Positions 29,599-39,187 of a stretch of DNA of 64,000 nucleotides are shown here, in pieces (the first letter of the stretch is position 1; each line of letters starts with the position of its first letter). The stretch comes from a virus (lineage: Duplodnaviria; Caudoviricetes): the IMG/VR virus record IMGVR_UViG_3300009370_000001, one strand, 5' to 3'. The position numbers and the translations under genes were made by a program. Under the pieces are notes generated by a model. The model was not told the DNA's origin. It did no database searches and saw only the letters and a program-made list of their open reading frames with translations.

Positions 29599-29732
29599 TG
29601 AAGCTTTGGAATAAACTAAATCACTGGCTCGACTGGCGCGGCATTAAGTGGACCGACATTATCGGCTCGGGTGTAGCGTTTGGAACAATCATCGGACTAG
29701 TTATAGTATTAACCTGGGCAGGATTGCAATGA
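29598..29732 (+). CDS. Small membrane protein (44 aa), absent from the ORF track
   Basis: MKLWNKLNHWLDWRGIKWTDIIGSGVAFGTIIGLVIVLTWAGLQ; TGATG and ATGA overlaps at its ends. Confidence 0.6.
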   Translation: MKLWNKLNHWLDWRGIKWTDIIGSGVAFGTIIGLVIVLTWAGLQ

Positions 29733-29926
29733 GAGAAAGGCTTCGAAGGTTATGGAGTGTAGACGTGCTGGCTGTAGGGCTGGCATTACTTGCTTTGGCA
29801 TACGCGTGCTGTGTGCACCATCGAGCCCAAGAAAGATTGAATGAAATTGAAGGCGTGGTTAACGAAGGAATTCATATTCCGACACAGCCAACTCCACCAG
29901 TGAGGTTCGAACCAGAATGTCAATAA
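29729..29926 (+). CDS. Small single-TM protein (65 aa)
   Basis: MRERLRRLWSVDVLAVGLALLALAYACC...; start chosen by ATGA overlap. Confidence 0.55.
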   Translation: MRERLRRLWSVDVLAVGLALLALAYACCVHHRAQERLNEIEGVVNEGIHIPTQPTPPVRFEPECQ

Positions 29927-30921
29927 AGATTACAAAAAAGAAACTGATGGAAACTGTGGAGAAGGAAATGAAAAATGTCCTTCTAGAGACATATTTGCGC
30001 ATCCACCTTTCACAAGTTTTAACAGAGCGAACTGAGGGAATGTCGACTGCTAAAATTGAGGCGCTGCTCTCATCTGTGATTGACAATTTGGAGGGTATCG
30101 ATATGAGTATCGATTACCTCACTTCAGCGATAACTGGTCATGATCCATATTCTTTGGGGATCGCACAGAAGGTGGCCGGCCGCGGCGGCGGACGCTTCTC
30201 TCCTGTTCCATCCCCTCCGGAACAAGTCTCTGAAGCGGAAGAATTGTCGGAACTAAACCCTAATAAAACATTGGACCAACAAGAGCCCGAGGACTTTGAA
30301 GAGCCCGAGGAAGATCCTGACGCTTTAAGGTCCGATACAGTTTTAGGGGCCACCGGAAAATGGCCTGAAGAGCCTTCTGAGCCAGCGCAACAACGGCCTC
30401 CTCGTGAATATCGAAGTAAGGCCATTGAACTTTTGGCTTCGTTTCATGTAAATGTTGATCAGCAAGCTATAGATGCAGTGGCGTGGCAACTATACCACAA
30501 TGCCATGGGCGCCCCCACGCAGGCGATGGAAGAACCCCCGAAGAAACGAAAAAGATTTAAGTTTTTTGAAAACGTAGGAAAACGCCCTAATGCTGAGCTA
30601 CTAGCTTTATTGCGAACAATGTTGAAAACTGCCGAAGATCCTTATGCAGATGAACAACGACTCCTATCTTTAGGAGGTGAATTAGAAGACATGCTCGGCC
30701 AATTGGCGCCGGCAGCCGAGTGGGCCCAAGAGCAGGGCTATGACCGGCCTACATATAGTGAAAACCTACAGCAGTATATTAGAGAAGAACTCGAAGCTTA
30801 TTTGGAAGAAGAGGAAAAGAATAATCCTTGGGCCATATGCACTAGTTCTGTCGGCAGAGAAGATAAAGAAAAATATGAGAAATGCGTAAAAAGCATAAAA
30901 GCACAAAATAGAGGAAAATAA
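29917..30921 (+). CDS. Putative head-associated protein with a leader-like N-terminus
   Basis: MSIKITKKKLMETVEKEM leader, acidic/Pro linker, LQQYIREEL motif, and C-terminal NPWAIC...C module. Confidence 0.65.
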   Translation: MSIKITKKKLMETVEKEMKNVLLETYLRIHLSQVLTERTEGMSTAKIEALLSSVIDNLEGIDMSIDYLTSAITGHDPYSLGIAQKVAGRGGGRFSPVPSPPEQVSEAEELSELNPNKTLDQQEPEDFEEPEEDPDALRSDTVLGATGKWPEEPSEPAQQRPPREYRSKAIELLASFHVNVDQQAIDAVAWQLYHNAMGAPTQAMEEPPKKRKRFKFFENVGKRPNAELLALLRTMLKTAEDPYADEQRLLSLGGELEDMLGQLAPAAEWAQEQGYDRPTYSENLQQYIREELEAYLEEEEKNNPWAICTSSVGREDKEKYEKCVKSIKAQNRGK

Positions 30922-30922
30922 A

Positions 30923-31114
30923 ATGAGTGTATTAAGTAACTTATGGAATAGCACCGTCACAGCCGCAGGTCACGTATGGAGCGTTGCCCTGGATTTAGGA
31001 TGGTCAGTATGGCACGAAGTCAAAGATGGCATTAGTCGTTTAAGCTGGTGGTTATTGGTCGGATTGGTCTGGCTCGATGGACTAGCAGTAGGCTGGTGGC
31101 TGTGGAGTAGCTAG
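30923..31114 (+). CDS. Small Trp-rich membrane protein
   Basis: 63 aa with hydrophobic C-terminus WWLLVGLVWLDGLAVGWWLW. Confidence 0.6.
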   Translation: MSVLSNLWNSTVTAAGHVWSVALDLGWSVWHEVKDGISRLSWWLLVGLVWLDGLAVGWWLWSS

Positions 31115-31308
31115 TGGCTGAGCATAAAGGATTTTTAGATACGTGGTTGTTAAAGCTTACTTCTCGTAAGTTATTGGTATGGATAACTGCGTCTGCATTA
31201 GCCTTTACCGGGTATTTGACGAGCGGTGATTGGGTAGTTATTAGTACCGTCTTCATTGGCACCCAAGGTGCCGTCGACATTGTTGAGAGATTCAAGGGAC
31301 GCAAGTGA
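31114..31308 (+). CDS. Putative holin (two TM segments)
   Basis: 64 aa, SRKLLVWITASALAF and WVVISTVFIG helices, basic C-terminus, upstream of spanin-like genes. Confidence 0.5.
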   Translation: MAEHKGFLDTWLLKLTSRKLLVWITASALAFTGYLTSGDWVVISTVFIGTQGAVDIVERFKGRK

Positions 31309-31691
31309 CACCACAACAACTGATCATCCAGTTCTTAGTAAAGAATTGGAAAGGAGTATTGATCGTTCTTTTGTCTGGCGTAGTGATGGGCAAAATGCGC
31401 TATGACTATAAGCAGATGCAAGCGGCATACGAGGCTTCAGAACAATCTCTGCAAGCTCAGATTGCTGGACTGCAAGAGATCCACAAGAAGCAAATGGCGG
31501 ATATGGAAGAATCACTACAGGTCTACAAAGATACCTTAGATCAAGTAGAACAAGATTACCAAGAGAGCCAAGAAGAATTGCTCGAAGAGATCGAGAACCG
31601 TAGAGAAGAATACGGAAGACAATTCTCTCAAGACCCAGAAGAACTAGCGGAGACTATAATGTTAATGTACGGATTTAATTATGTTCCTTAG
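31305..31691 (+). CDS. Putative inner-membrane spanin (Rz-like)
   Basis: N-terminal TM (GVLIVLLSGVVMG) followed by a long coiled coil; overlaps both neighbours. Confidence 0.5.
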   Translation: MTPQQLIIQFLVKNWKGVLIVLLSGVVMGKMRYDYKQMQAAYEASEQSLQAQIAGLQEIHKKQMADMEESLQVYKDTLDQVEQDYQESQEELLEEIENRREEYGRQFSQDPEELAETIMLMYGFNYVP

Positions 31692-32100
31692 TCTATTATT
31701 AATGTTAACAGGCCCGGCCCAGGCCGAGGACGCAGGACAATTTACCTTTCTAGGGCACCAGCAGTGTGCCCCGTTTGAGGGTGTGCTTTTTGATGTGCCA
31801 GCGTTGTCTGAAATCATGGCGCGCCAGTCCACCGCCAATCTCGCATGCCAAGCACGAATTGACTATGAACTTTCAGTTGAAATTGCAAGCTACGAGCTAG
31901 AACTTCGCAATTGGGAGATTCAGTATAACGCCCTACATGAAGAAAGCAGTCTTCTGATCTTCCAGAAGGATGAAGAGATTGACCACCTTCAAAGAACTCT
32001 CTTGAAGCAATCCCCCCGCAATAATTGGATGTGGGCCGCCGGCGGTGTTGGAGTAGGAATCTTAAGCACCTATGCAGCCTATAGGCTGTTTAATGAGTGA
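31681..32100 (+). CDS. Secreted or membrane coiled-coil protein, possible spanin partner
   Basis: Sec signal ending PAQA with no lipobox Cys, coiled coil, and a C-terminal hydrophobic segment. Confidence 0.45.
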   Translation: MFLSLLLMLTGPAQAEDAGQFTFLGHQQCAPFEGVLFDVPALSEIMARQSTANLACQARIDYELSVEIASYELELRNWEIQYNALHEESSLLIFQKDEEIDHLQRTLLKQSPRNNWMWAAGGVGVGILSTYAAYRLFNE

Positions 32101-32482
32101 TAAAGATTTCGATAAATTAGCTGCGATAGAGCAGGCTATTTCCCAAAAATATGGCAAAGAAGCAATTCAAAACCCACGCGCAAATTGGGACGAGACCAAA
32201 GAGAAAGAATATCTTGTACAAATGCGAGAGTTATATAAAAAAACAGATAAGAATGAAACCTTCCAAGAGAAAATAGATGTAAATGGCATAAAGGTTTCAA
32301 AGAAACTATTTAATAGAGATTCTTTACAACATTGTTCTGTGTGTTCTGCGCTAGCGCGAAAGGTACTGGATGATGTTTGTTTTCTAAAATTTGATTGCTG
32401 CCATAAATGCTATGTTAAATATGTAGAAGATAGAGAAGAAAGATGGGAACAAGGTTGGAGACCACAAAAAGGAAATAAATAA
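32093..32482 (+). CDS. Hypothetical protein with a CxxC...CxxC zinc site
   Basis: MSDKDFDKLAAIEQAI...HCSVC...CCHKCY...EERW; start at 32093 overlaps the previous gene's end. Confidence 0.65.
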   Translation: MSDKDFDKLAAIEQAISQKYGKEAIQNPRANWDETKEKEYLVQMRELYKKTDKNETFQEKIDVNGIKVSKKLFNRDSLQHCSVCSALARKVLDDVCFLKFDCCHKCYVKYVEDREERWEQGWRPQKGNK

Positions 32483-33036
32483 TGGCAACAGTTTACGAAA
32501 TCGTACAAGGCTTAGCACAAGCCGCCGCTAATGCATATGATGGCGCGTTAGGAGAAGACTACGAGCCTGATAAGCCCGGTATTCTTCGCCGAGAAGAGGG
32601 TAATGCCCTCATCGATCAACGAGTGATGGATGGCTTCAATGTGAAGTTTTATGGGAATATGATGTGCCTTAGCTATCAATCAGAAATCCAACTTAAAGAA
32701 GTTATCGCCGGCGGCTTTGAGGAAGATATCGATCAGCGCCTCACTGACATTTCAGGATGGCTTAAGAAAGAATACAAAAAGATTACTGGCGATTCGGTCA
32801 GCCTGACGGCCGAGGGTGAAGTAGATATCCGCGTGGAAAATTCTTCTCGGGTACGAACCTGGGTAGTGGCGAAGAAGCACTATCGTGTGGGTGGCTTGGA
32901 CGAATCTATGAATGATGATAATCGAGGTTCCACCAATCCTGTGGAAGCCAAATGGAAGACCTTTTTAGATCAAGGCGGCTGGAATGGTAAAGGCGGCACG
33001 CGCCCCGATAACGATACGAGGAAGAAAGAATCATGA
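32482..33036 (+). CDS. Hypothetical protein
   Basis: 184 aa, AAGGA RBS, coupled to its neighbours. Confidence 0.65.
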   Translation: MATVYEIVQGLAQAAANAYDGALGEDYEPDKPGILRREEGNALIDQRVMDGFNVKFYGNMMCLSYQSEIQLKEVIAGGFEEDIDQRLTDISGWLKKEYKKITGDSVSLTAEGEVDIRVENSSRVRTWVVAKKHYRVGGLDESMNDDNRGSTNPVEAKWKTFLDQGGWNGKGGTRPDNDTRKKES

Positions 33037-33377
33037 AAATTTCGATTGCACGACTCAAAGAGATTATTATGGAAGAAGTTGCGGGAGCAACCACTGAAGG
33101 TCACGATAAAGATTGGGGTATGGGCAAGGACGAAAAGTCTCGCACCCGACCCGGAGAAGAAGATTATACCGGGCACAAGGGAGACGAGTCTCATACGCAC
33201 CCCGGAGAACTGGATTATGAACATGATGGAGAAGATCTCGAAGGAAAAGCCAACCGCGTTCTCGCAGACTTACATGATGTAATGACGGCCGCAGGCCTTA
33301 ATGTTGATCTAACTGCGGATGTAAGCGATGATGATATCGAAGCCGAAGAAGAAATAGAAATCGTAGATGATGAATGA
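33033..33377 (+). CDS. Acidic putative head cargo protein with an MKISIARLKEIIMEE leader
   Basis: Leader variant; internal near-repeat RPGEEDY / HPGELDY. Confidence 0.65.
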   Translation: MKISIARLKEIIMEEVAGATTEGHDKDWGMGKDEKSRTRPGEEDYTGHKGDESHTHPGELDYEHDGEDLEGKANRVLADLHDVMTAAGLNVDLTADVSDDDIEAEEEIEIVDDE

Positions 33378-34960
33378 GTTTTCAATTAGACAAGAAACAG
33401 CAAGTCAACGAGATTCTGAAATGCGGTAAAGACCCAGCTTACTTTCTCACAAACTATGCTCGTATCTCTCACCCAATGCATGGGTTGATTTTATTTGATA
33501 CATATGATTTTCAAGATGCGCTCCTAAATGACTTTAATGATTATCGCTTTAATGTCATCCTTAAAGCACGTCAGCTTGGCATCTCTACAATCACAGCCGG
33601 CTATATCGTATGGATGATGCTATTTCATCGCGATAAGGCCATTTTAGTTATGGCAACCAAGTTCGCCACCGCCGGCAACCTCGTCAAAAAGGTTAAAGGT
33701 ATCATGCGCAATGTACCAGACTGGCTAAAGATTGCAACAATCAGCGTTGACAACCGCACATCTTTCGAGTTGTCCAATGGTTCCTCTATTAAAGCCGCGT
33801 CCACTTCGGGCGATGCCGGTCGTTCCGAAGCACTGTCTCTTTTGGTTCTCGACGAGGCCGCCCACATCGAAGGCTTAGAAGAATTATGGACTGGTCTATA
33901 TCCGACGTTGTCCACAGGTGGGCGTTGTATTGCGTTGTCTACCCCAAATGGTGTGGGAAACTGGTTTCACAAGACCTGTACCGAAGCAGATTCTGGAGTA
34001 AACAATTTTAATTTAACGACGTTACCGTGGGATGTCCACCCAGATCGAGATGAACAATGGTACACTAAAGAAACAAGAAACATGTCCAAGCGCCAGATTG
34101 CACAAGAATTACAATGTAATTTCAACACGTCTGGTGAAACAGTGATTGATCCCGAATGTATGGAATGGCTGCTATCGAATGTTAAAGAGCCCAAACATCG
34201 CACGGGATTTGACCGTAATTTTTGGATTTGGGAAGAATTTGATCCTACCTGTAATTATTTGATGGTGGTGGATGTATCTCGTGGCGATGGCGCCGATTTT
34301 TCTACATTTCATATTGTCAAATTAGAAACCTTAGAAGTCATCGGAGAATATCAAGGAAAACTAACTCCTGATTTATTTGCTAACATGCTTAATCAAGTCG
34401 GCCGAGAGTTTGGAAATGCGATGATGGTAGTAGAAAATAATAATATTGGCTATACAGTACTTGACAAACTTGTAGAATACGGTTATCCTAATATATATTA
34501 TTCTATAAAGTCAACGCATGAATATATTGAGCAACATCAAGCTGAATATAAAACTAACACGATTGCCGGCTTCTCTACTACACAGAAGACCCGACCTTTA
34601 ATAGTTGCAAAATTAGAAGAGTTTATAAGAAATAAACTAATTAAAGTGTATTCATCCCGCACGGTTAATGAAATGAAAACTTTTATTTGGAAAAATGGAA
34701 AGCCTCAAGCTATGAAGAGTTATAATGATGATTTGATTATGGCTTTAGCAATTGCATGTTGGGTGCGTGACACTGCTATTCAAACTAATGCACGTGATTT
34801 AAACTATCAGAAGGCGTTCGTAGATGCAATTATTACGACACGCACTACGATGAACACGACTATTTCGGGCCAACAGGGGTACAAACAAGAGAATGCCCTA
34901 GATAAAAAAACGACAGAGGCGGCAAAACTTTATGAACAATATAAATGGATTATTAAGTGA
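33374..34960 (+). CDS. terL: Terminase large subunit
   Basis: LKARQLGIST (Walker A), LLVLDEAA (Walker B), STPNG (C-motif), VDVSRGDGADFS and DDLIMALA nuclease acids. Confidence 0.95.
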   Translation: MSFQLDKKQQVNEILKCGKDPAYFLTNYARISHPMHGLILFDTYDFQDALLNDFNDYRFNVILKARQLGISTITAGYIVWMMLFHRDKAILVMATKFATAGNLVKKVKGIMRNVPDWLKIATISVDNRTSFELSNGSSIKAASTSGDAGRSEALSLLVLDEAAHIEGLEELWTGLYPTLSTGGRCIALSTPNGVGNWFHKTCTEADSGVNNFNLTTLPWDVHPDRDEQWYTKETRNMSKRQIAQELQCNFNTSGETVIDPECMEWLLSNVKEPKHRTGFDRNFWIWEEFDPTCNYLMVVDVSRGDGADFSTFHIVKLETLEVIGEYQGKLTPDLFANMLNQVGREFGNAMMVVENNNIGYTVLDKLVEYGYPNIYYSIKSTHEYIEQHQAEYKTNTIAGFSTTQKTRPLIVAKLEEFIRNKLIKVYSSRTVNEMKTFIWKNGKPQAMKSYNDDLIMALAIACWVRDTAIQTNARDLNYQKAFVDAIITTRTTMNTTISGQQGYKQENALDKKTTEAAKLYEQYKWIIK

Positions 34961-34968
34961 GATTATAA

Positions 34969-36939
34969 ATGGCAATTCAAGATAAAAACCCAGCAAACTC
35001 TGAAACGAGCTTATTCAAAGCGTTAACGCGTCTCTTCTCGGGTCCCATTGTTAACTATCGTTCTCAATCGGGACGTCGCATTCGGCGTCAACATTTAGAT
35101 AAATTTTCCTCTCGCTTTAAATCGGCATCGGGGCAACAGTTTAAAAAGACACTTTATAATCCTTTAGATGTTATTGCTACAAATGCGATTCAAAACCAAC
35201 GACGTTCAGAGCGTTATGTAGATTTTGATCAGATGGAATATATGCCTGAAATCGCATCTACGATGGACATCTATGCAGATGAGATGACAACATATTCTGA
35301 ACTGCGCCCGATGCTTAATGTCCGATGTCCTAATGAAGAAATTAGTGCGGTACTGGATGTCTTATTTGATAGCATCCTTAACTTAAAATACAATCTTTTT
35401 GGTTGGGCCCGCACGATGTGTAAATATGGTGATTTTTTCCTGTATGTTGATATCGATGACAAATATGGAGTGACATCTGTTCTACCGCTCCCGGCCCAAG
35501 AAGTTGAAAGACTAGAAGGTAAAGATGCCACCAACCCGAATTATGTGCAGTTTCAGTGGAACTCTGCTGGGATGACCTTTGAAAACTGGCAAGTTGCCCA
35601 TTTCCGCATCTTAGGAAATGATAAGTACATTCCGTATGGAACATCAATTTTGGAGCCAGCACGACGCATTTGGCGCCAGCTAGTGTTGATGGAAGATGCT
35701 ATGATGGCATATCGTGTTATCCGTTCTTCTGAGCGCCGAGTGTTTAAGATTGATGTCGGTTCTATTCCTCCCAATGAAGTCGAACAGTATATGGAAAAAA
35801 TTGTGACCAACCTTAAGCGTCATCAAGTTATTGATCCTGAAAACGGACGTGTGGATTTGCGATACAACCCAATGTCTATCGAAGAAGATTATTTCATCCC
35901 AGTTCGCGCTGGCTCGGTCACAGAGATCAAGAACCTCGCCGGCGGCACCAACACTACCGATATTGATGATATCAAGTATTTGCGTGATAAGCTTTTTTCC
36001 GCACTCAAGATACCTCAATCTTATCTAACGATGGGAGAAGGTGCCGAAGAAGACAAGACTACTCTTGCGCAGAAAGACATTCGTTTTGCAAGAACCATTC
36101 AGAGACTCCAAAGAGTTATTATCGCAGAGCTTACAAAGATTGGTATCATCCATCTGTACACATTAGGCTTCAGAGGCGACGACTTATTAAGCTTCAGCTT
36201 AACTCTCAATAACCCGTCCAAGATTGCAGAACTTCAAGAAATTGAGACCTGGAAGCAGAAGTTCGACATTGCCGCTGCAGCCACAGAAGGTTATTTCTCA
36301 CGGCGCTGGGTGTCCGAACATATCTTTGGTATGAATCATGAAGACTTTGGTCGCAATCAACGCGAAATGTATTATGATCGTAAGCACGACGCCGCTCTTC
36401 AGGCAGTCGCTGAAGCTGCTGCAGCCGAAGGCGCCGGCGGCGGAATGGGAGGCGATCTGGGGGGAGACCTTGGAGGCGATCTCGGAGGCGATCTCGGAGG
36501 AGATCTTGGTGGTGATCTTGGCGGAGGCGAGGAAATGCCCGCAGGTGAAGCCGGCGGTGATGAGGGAGGTGGCGATGATTCAGCGCTCCTAGCCGTCCCA
36601 CCCGGCTCTCGTAACGAGCCTCGTCTGACCCCTGGAGCAAAGGGAAAAGTATATTATCCTAAGAAGGTTGATGGCCGACCAGCAGGAGCCCGGACGCGCT
36701 CTATGGGCGCGAAGTACAATCGAGAAAAAGCTAGCTCGGCTATTCGGAATGTTGTCCCAGGCGCTGAGATCGGTTCCCTCGCAAAGATGGGCAGCTTGGG
36801 AAATGGTATTTATGAAGGACAAGCACCTATTTATAACGCAAGTGAGCTTTCTGAAGAAGAAAAGCTTTTTCACGTAAGCGATTCGATACGGGCGCTCCTT
36901 AAAGGATTAGAAGGATTGGAGAATAATAATGAAGGGTAG
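34969..36939 (+). CDS. gp20: Portal protein (T4 gp20-like)
   Basis: Follows terL; YGTSILEPARRIWRQLVLMEDAMMAYRVIR, RVFKIDVG, EEDYFIP, DIKYLRDKLFSALKIP, and QKDIRFARTIQRLQ. Confidence 0.93.
   Translation: MAIQDKNPANSETSLFKALTRLFSGPIVNYRSQSGRRIRRQHLDKFSSRFKSASGQQFKKTLYNPLDVIATNAIQNQRRSERYVDFDQMEYMPEIASTMDIYADEMTTYSELRPMLNVRCPNEEISAVLDVLFDSILNLKYNLFGWARTMCKYGDFFLYVDIDDKYGVTSVLPLPAQEVERLEGKDATNPNYVQFQWNSAGMTFENWQVAHFRILGNDKYIPYGTSILEPARRIWRQLVLMEDAMMAYRVIRSSERRVFKIDVGSIPPNEVEQYMEKIVTNLKRHQVIDPENGRVDLRYNPMSIEEDYFIPVRAGSVTEIKNLAGGTNTTDIDDIKYLRDKLFSALKIPQSYLTMGEGAEEDKTTLAQKDIRFARTIQRLQRVIIAELTKIGIIHLYTLGFRGDDLLSFSLTLNNPSKIAELQEIETWKQKFDIAAAATEGYFSRRWVSEHIFGMNHEDFGRNQREMYYDRKHDAALQAVAEAAAAEGAGGGMGGDLGGDLGGDLGGDLGGDLGGDLGGGEEMPAGEAGGDEGGGDDSALLAVPPGSRNEPRLTPGAKGKVYYPKKVDGRPAGARTRSMGAKYNREKASSAIRNVVPGAEIGSLAKMGSLGNGIYEGQAPIYNASELSEEEKLFHVSDSIRALLKGLEGLENNNEG
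36448..36519 (+). repeat. Degenerate 12-bp tandem repeat x6 encoding (GGDL)6
   Basis: Directly visible in the portal C-terminal low-complexity tail. Confidence 0.85.
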
Positions 36940-37762
36940 ACATAACAAAAAAAGAAATACCGCATTTGTTTATGAGGCGTTGATTCGCGAAGCAACCGCG
37001 GCCATCTTAAAGAAAGACACGATACAGTGTAATAAGATCGTGGACCTTATTAAGAAGCACTTCAAACCAGGAAGTCTTTTGCGACAAGATTTAGAATGCC
37101 ATCGATCTCTTTATGAAAGTTGTGGCTTCGATAAAGAAACGTCAGAAAAGATTCTACGGGAAGCAAAATTAGCTAGCCGTCTTTTGGATTTCACTGGATT
37201 GTTTAAAGAGCAAAGCGCTCTTATAGATGACATAAATAAAGAATTAGACTCGTCTGTTTTCAATGCCTTTGTGCCCAACTATAAAACTTTGGCATCGATA
37301 TCTCAGATTTTTTCGACCAAGACATCGCCTCGCGATCAAGTACTCTTGGAGCAGGAGATTGTTACTAGTATGTGTAGAGAAGGTACGGTCGAGACAGAAG
37401 AAAACGATATTGATAATTTGGTTATTAAAACATTTGTAGAAAAGTTTAATGATAAATACGGCGACGACCTCTTGCAAGAACAAAAAGAACTCTTGACACA
37501 CTATATTTCATCTTTTGCTGACAACGCGCTCGAACTGAAGATTTTTCTTAATGAGGAAATTGGGCGACTTAAAGAATGTTTAAACAAGGCTAAAGACGTT
37601 GACGAAATTAAAAGCGATCCTGAAATGTCTACCAAAACTCATCGAGTGATCGAGCGCTTAGATAAGTTTGCAACAGTCGCTGTTAACGAGGAATTGCTTT
37701 TAACGGTGCTAAAAACTCAAAGCTTAGTAAAGGAAATCTATTCAGATGGCAATAACAGTTAG
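36929..37762 (+). CDS. Head-module hypothetical protein
   Basis: 277 aa, helical, HNKKRNTAFVYEALIRE N-terminus, overlaps the portal stop. Confidence 0.65.
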   Translation: MKGRHNKKRNTAFVYEALIREATAAILKKDTIQCNKIVDLIKKHFKPGSLLRQDLECHRSLYESCGFDKETSEKILREAKLASRLLDFTGLFKEQSALIDDINKELDSSVFNAFVPNYKTLASISQIFSTKTSPRDQVLLEQEIVTSMCREGTVETEENDIDNLVIKTFVEKFNDKYGDDLLQEQKELLTHYISSFADNALELKIFLNEEIGRLKECLNKAKDVDEIKSDPEMSTKTHRVIERLDKFATVAVNEELLLTVLKTQSLVKEIYSDGNNS

Positions 37763-38285
37763 AATTGGACAGGCGGCAGACGACGCAGTAGTGCGCCTTG
37801 AATTAGATGTGCGTAAGAGTATGAATGGAGATCTGATGATTTTTGATCACGGCGATATCGATATCGTACTTTCTACACGCACCAACAAGATCACTACCTT
37901 CCCCAAAGAAACCTTGAATGATTTAGTTTACGGAGCCCAAAATCGCTTGTTTGCCGAATTACGAAAGAAAGGCCTTGTCGTAGCAGATTCTATTCAAGCC
38001 GGAGGCTTTTATGGATCGGTTGAAGCACTAATGGAAGAAGCATCGTCAGAAAGCTTAAGCACTCCGAAGCTGGCTCTCATTAATATTTCTAACTTTATTG
38101 AAGAAGAGCGCCCCTACTTTGAAACAACAGAAGCAATTATTGGGATGGCTGACGACGAGCTTATCCATCCGGATAAACAAGACTCTACTGAACTTGGAGA
38201 AGTTCCCCAGCACAGTGACCAGGGCTCTATTCGTCCAGGCTTTATTCGCGATCCATACTCGTTGAGCTACCTATATACAATTTAA
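37746..38285 (+). CDS. Head-module hypothetical protein
   Basis: 179 aa, acidic, coupled to its neighbours. Confidence 0.6.
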   Translation: MAITVRIGQAADDAVVRLELDVRKSMNGDLMIFDHGDIDIVLSTRTNKITTFPKETLNDLVYGAQNRLFAELRKKGLVVADSIQAGGFYGSVEALMEEASSESLSTPKLALINISNFIEEERPYFETTEAIIGMADDELIHPDKQDSTELGEVPQHSDQGSIRPGFIRDPYSLSYLYTI

Positions 38286-38834
38286 ATGAAACTCTTATTA
38301 GAACATTGGAATCGGTATCTCCAAGAAGAGGAAGAGGCGCGCCCTCTCTATGGCGACGAAAAAGAAGATGCCCCTGACTCCGAAGAGTCGACCGAAGAAT
38401 TTCAAAAATATGTAGAAGCAGAAAGGAAAAAAACTATGGCGGCATGCGCCGACGTTAGAGAATTTGAGCCCGAGCAACGCTCCAGCCCAGAATTTGCAAC
38501 CGCTTTAGAGAAGTGTAAAAAAGCTAATGAAGAACTAGAAAACAATATTCGAGAAAAATCTCCTTTTAATATTGGTGATAATCCCGACAATGCTCCCGCA
38601 GACCCTACACCCGAAGAGCCTCAACAAAACAAGGGGCGAGACGTACAAAACGTAATGCGGTCAAATCAAGTTAAATTAACCAACGTTGAGAAAGAAGTTG
38701 GTTCGATAGAACAGGATTTGGAAACTATTATACAGAGAGTTCAAGCCTTATTAGGTCGCGTCCGACAGGAACTTACAGAAAGCGATATTCGAGAGATCAT
38801 CAAAGAAGAATACAAGCTTTATCAGGAGCAGTAG
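38286..38834 (+). CDS. Putative head cargo protein with an MKLLLEHWNRYLQEE leader
   Basis: Leader matches 26799; C-terminal IREIIKEEY resembles the other leader family. Confidence 0.65.
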   Translation: MKLLLEHWNRYLQEEEEARPLYGDEKEDAPDSEESTEEFQKYVEAERKKTMAACADVREFEPEQRSSPEFATALEKCKKANEELENNIREKSPFNIGDNPDNAPADPTPEEPQQNKGRDVQNVMRSNQVKLTNVEKEVGSIEQDLETIIQRVQALLGRVRQELTESDIREIIKEEYKLYQEQ

Positions 38835-39139
38835 TGGAATTATTATACTTTATATTGGCATCTTATGGTCTTACCCAGATCTTAGTCTACGGAAAAGTCT
38901 TTGATGCTCTTCGTCCTACGAGAGGATGGCTTGGACAACTGTTCAGGTGCCCCATGTGCATTGGTTTTCATGTAGGGTGGATTTTAATGCTACTTTCTCC
39001 TTACACAGAACTATTTAATTTTGATGTAACACCGGTAAATTATCTTATTTTAGGGTGTCTTTCTTCGGGGACATCTTATATTCTTAATATGATTATCGGA
39101 GATGAAGGAATAAAACATGAACACAAACGCATGGAATAA
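38834..39139 (+). CDS. DUF1360-like membrane protein
   Basis: Hydrophobic helices around WLGQLFRCPMCIGFHVGW (CPxC motif); GTG start. Confidence 0.6.
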   Translation: MELLYFILASYGLTQILVYGKVFDALRPTRGWLGQLFRCPMCIGFHVGWILMLLSPYTELFNFDVTPVNYLILGCLSSGTSYILNMIIGDEGIKHEHKRME

Positions 39140-39185
39140 TAAGTGGATGCTGCAGCCGGTCAGACGGTGCTGCAAAGGTTCTTAG
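39117..39185 (+). CDS. Candidate 22-aa micro-ORF MNTNAWNNKWMLQPVRRCCKGS
   Basis: AAGGA RBS upstream; stop two bases before the protease ATG. Confidence 0.4.
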   Translation: MNTNAWNNKWMLQPVRRCCKGS

Positions 39186-39187
39186 CT

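Noticed and set aside
33374-34960. Intein or intron in terL, or in the SbcCD fusion
   Set aside because: Motif spacing and length are normal, with no intein C/S...HN ends or LAGLIDADG motifs.
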